Of a DNA stretch of 64,000 bases, positions 63,609 through 64,000 are shown piece by piece. The notes below the pieces were generated by a model that saw nothing but the letters and a program-made list of their open reading frames with translations, made no database searches and was not told the DNA's origin. Each line of letters begins with the position of its first letter. Positions within the stretch are counted from its first letter, which is position 1. The translations under genes were made by a program, and so were the position numbers. This DNA comes from Candidatus Bathyarchaeota archaeon (GTDB taxonomy: Archaea; Thermoproteota; Bathyarchaeia; Bathyarchaeales; DTEX01): positions 128,001 through 192,000 of the forward strand of contig CAVQNT010000007.1 in NCBI GenBank assembly GCA_963714275.1, written 5' to 3'.

Positions 63609-64000
63609 TTAATTTGAAGGCATAACGGGTTTCAGCGCACGCTTATAGTTTTTTCGTTTCATCTGAAACTTTCCGGTTCTTTCAATATATTGAAATGCCA
63701 AAATCGAAAACGTAAGCCAGAATACCCCTAGTAGGTATCCTCCTAAAACATCGCTGAACCAGTGAACGTTAAGGTAAAGTCTATCAAAGCCTATAATAAA
63801 TTCTATTGCAACAGAAAACGTGCTTGATAACGTTTTCCCATTTGAAGATTTCGAATGTTGAAATACAAAATAGGCGAGTAAACCAAAAAAAACTACAGAA
63901 CCTGCGACGTGACCGCTTGGAAAAGAAAATCCTGTTTCTTGCATTATTCCGTTTAAGGGTCTTTCTGAATGCACTAACATTTTAAACATTGTAATTATCG
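63609..64000 (-). CDS. PAP2-family phosphatase, truncated by window
   Basis: K...RP, SFPSGH, RLYLNVHWFSDVLGG. Confidence 0.9.
   Translation of the reverse strand, partial: IITMFKMLVHSERPLNGIMQETGFSFPSGHVAGSVVFFGLLAYFVFQHSKSSNGKTLSSTFSVAIEFIIGFDRLYLNVHWFSDVLGGYLLGVFWLTFSILAFQYIERTGKFQMKRKNYKRALKPVMPSN

Noticed and set aside
1-64000. Mass pseudogenisation or programmed frameshifting
   Set aside because: Single indels hit many unrelated genes including lysX and lysY while motifs stay intact; sequencing or assembly error is more parsimonious.

Overview
Archaeal chromosomal window, most consistent with Bathyarchaeia (LysW pathway, stand-alone MtrH, Alba, PolB2 operon, many sugar enzymes; taxonomy is inference). 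Many genes carry single frameshifts, including housekeeping lysX and lysY, so these are probably assembly errors. Ordinary content: a polyol/tetrose catabolic cluster, pyrC, PolB2-arCOG07300-RadA-like operon, GH116/GH4/GH1, tmk, tRNA-Gly(TCC) with a small decayed island, and lysWXYZJK. The most striking feature is an apparent Cas1-solo mobile system with no cas2, no CRISPR array and no element-encoded PolB. A ~4.4 kb element (15209-19639) carries an intact cas1 and has telomere-like (CCCAAA)n/(TTTGGG)n inverted ends. It is bounded by the quasi-palindrome GATTAAAATTTAATC. The same 15-mer recurs at least 13 times in the window and delimits 0.2-1.4 kb cassettes in two clusters (about 6.2-19.6 kb and 50.5-59.4 kb). 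Two cassettes keep only the last ~23 codons of a cas1 paralogue next to their cargo gene, in the same layout as the intact element. A tyrosine integrase lies at the end of the first cluster. The structure resembles a CRISPR-like or integron-like array with gene-sized spacers; the mechanism is inference.
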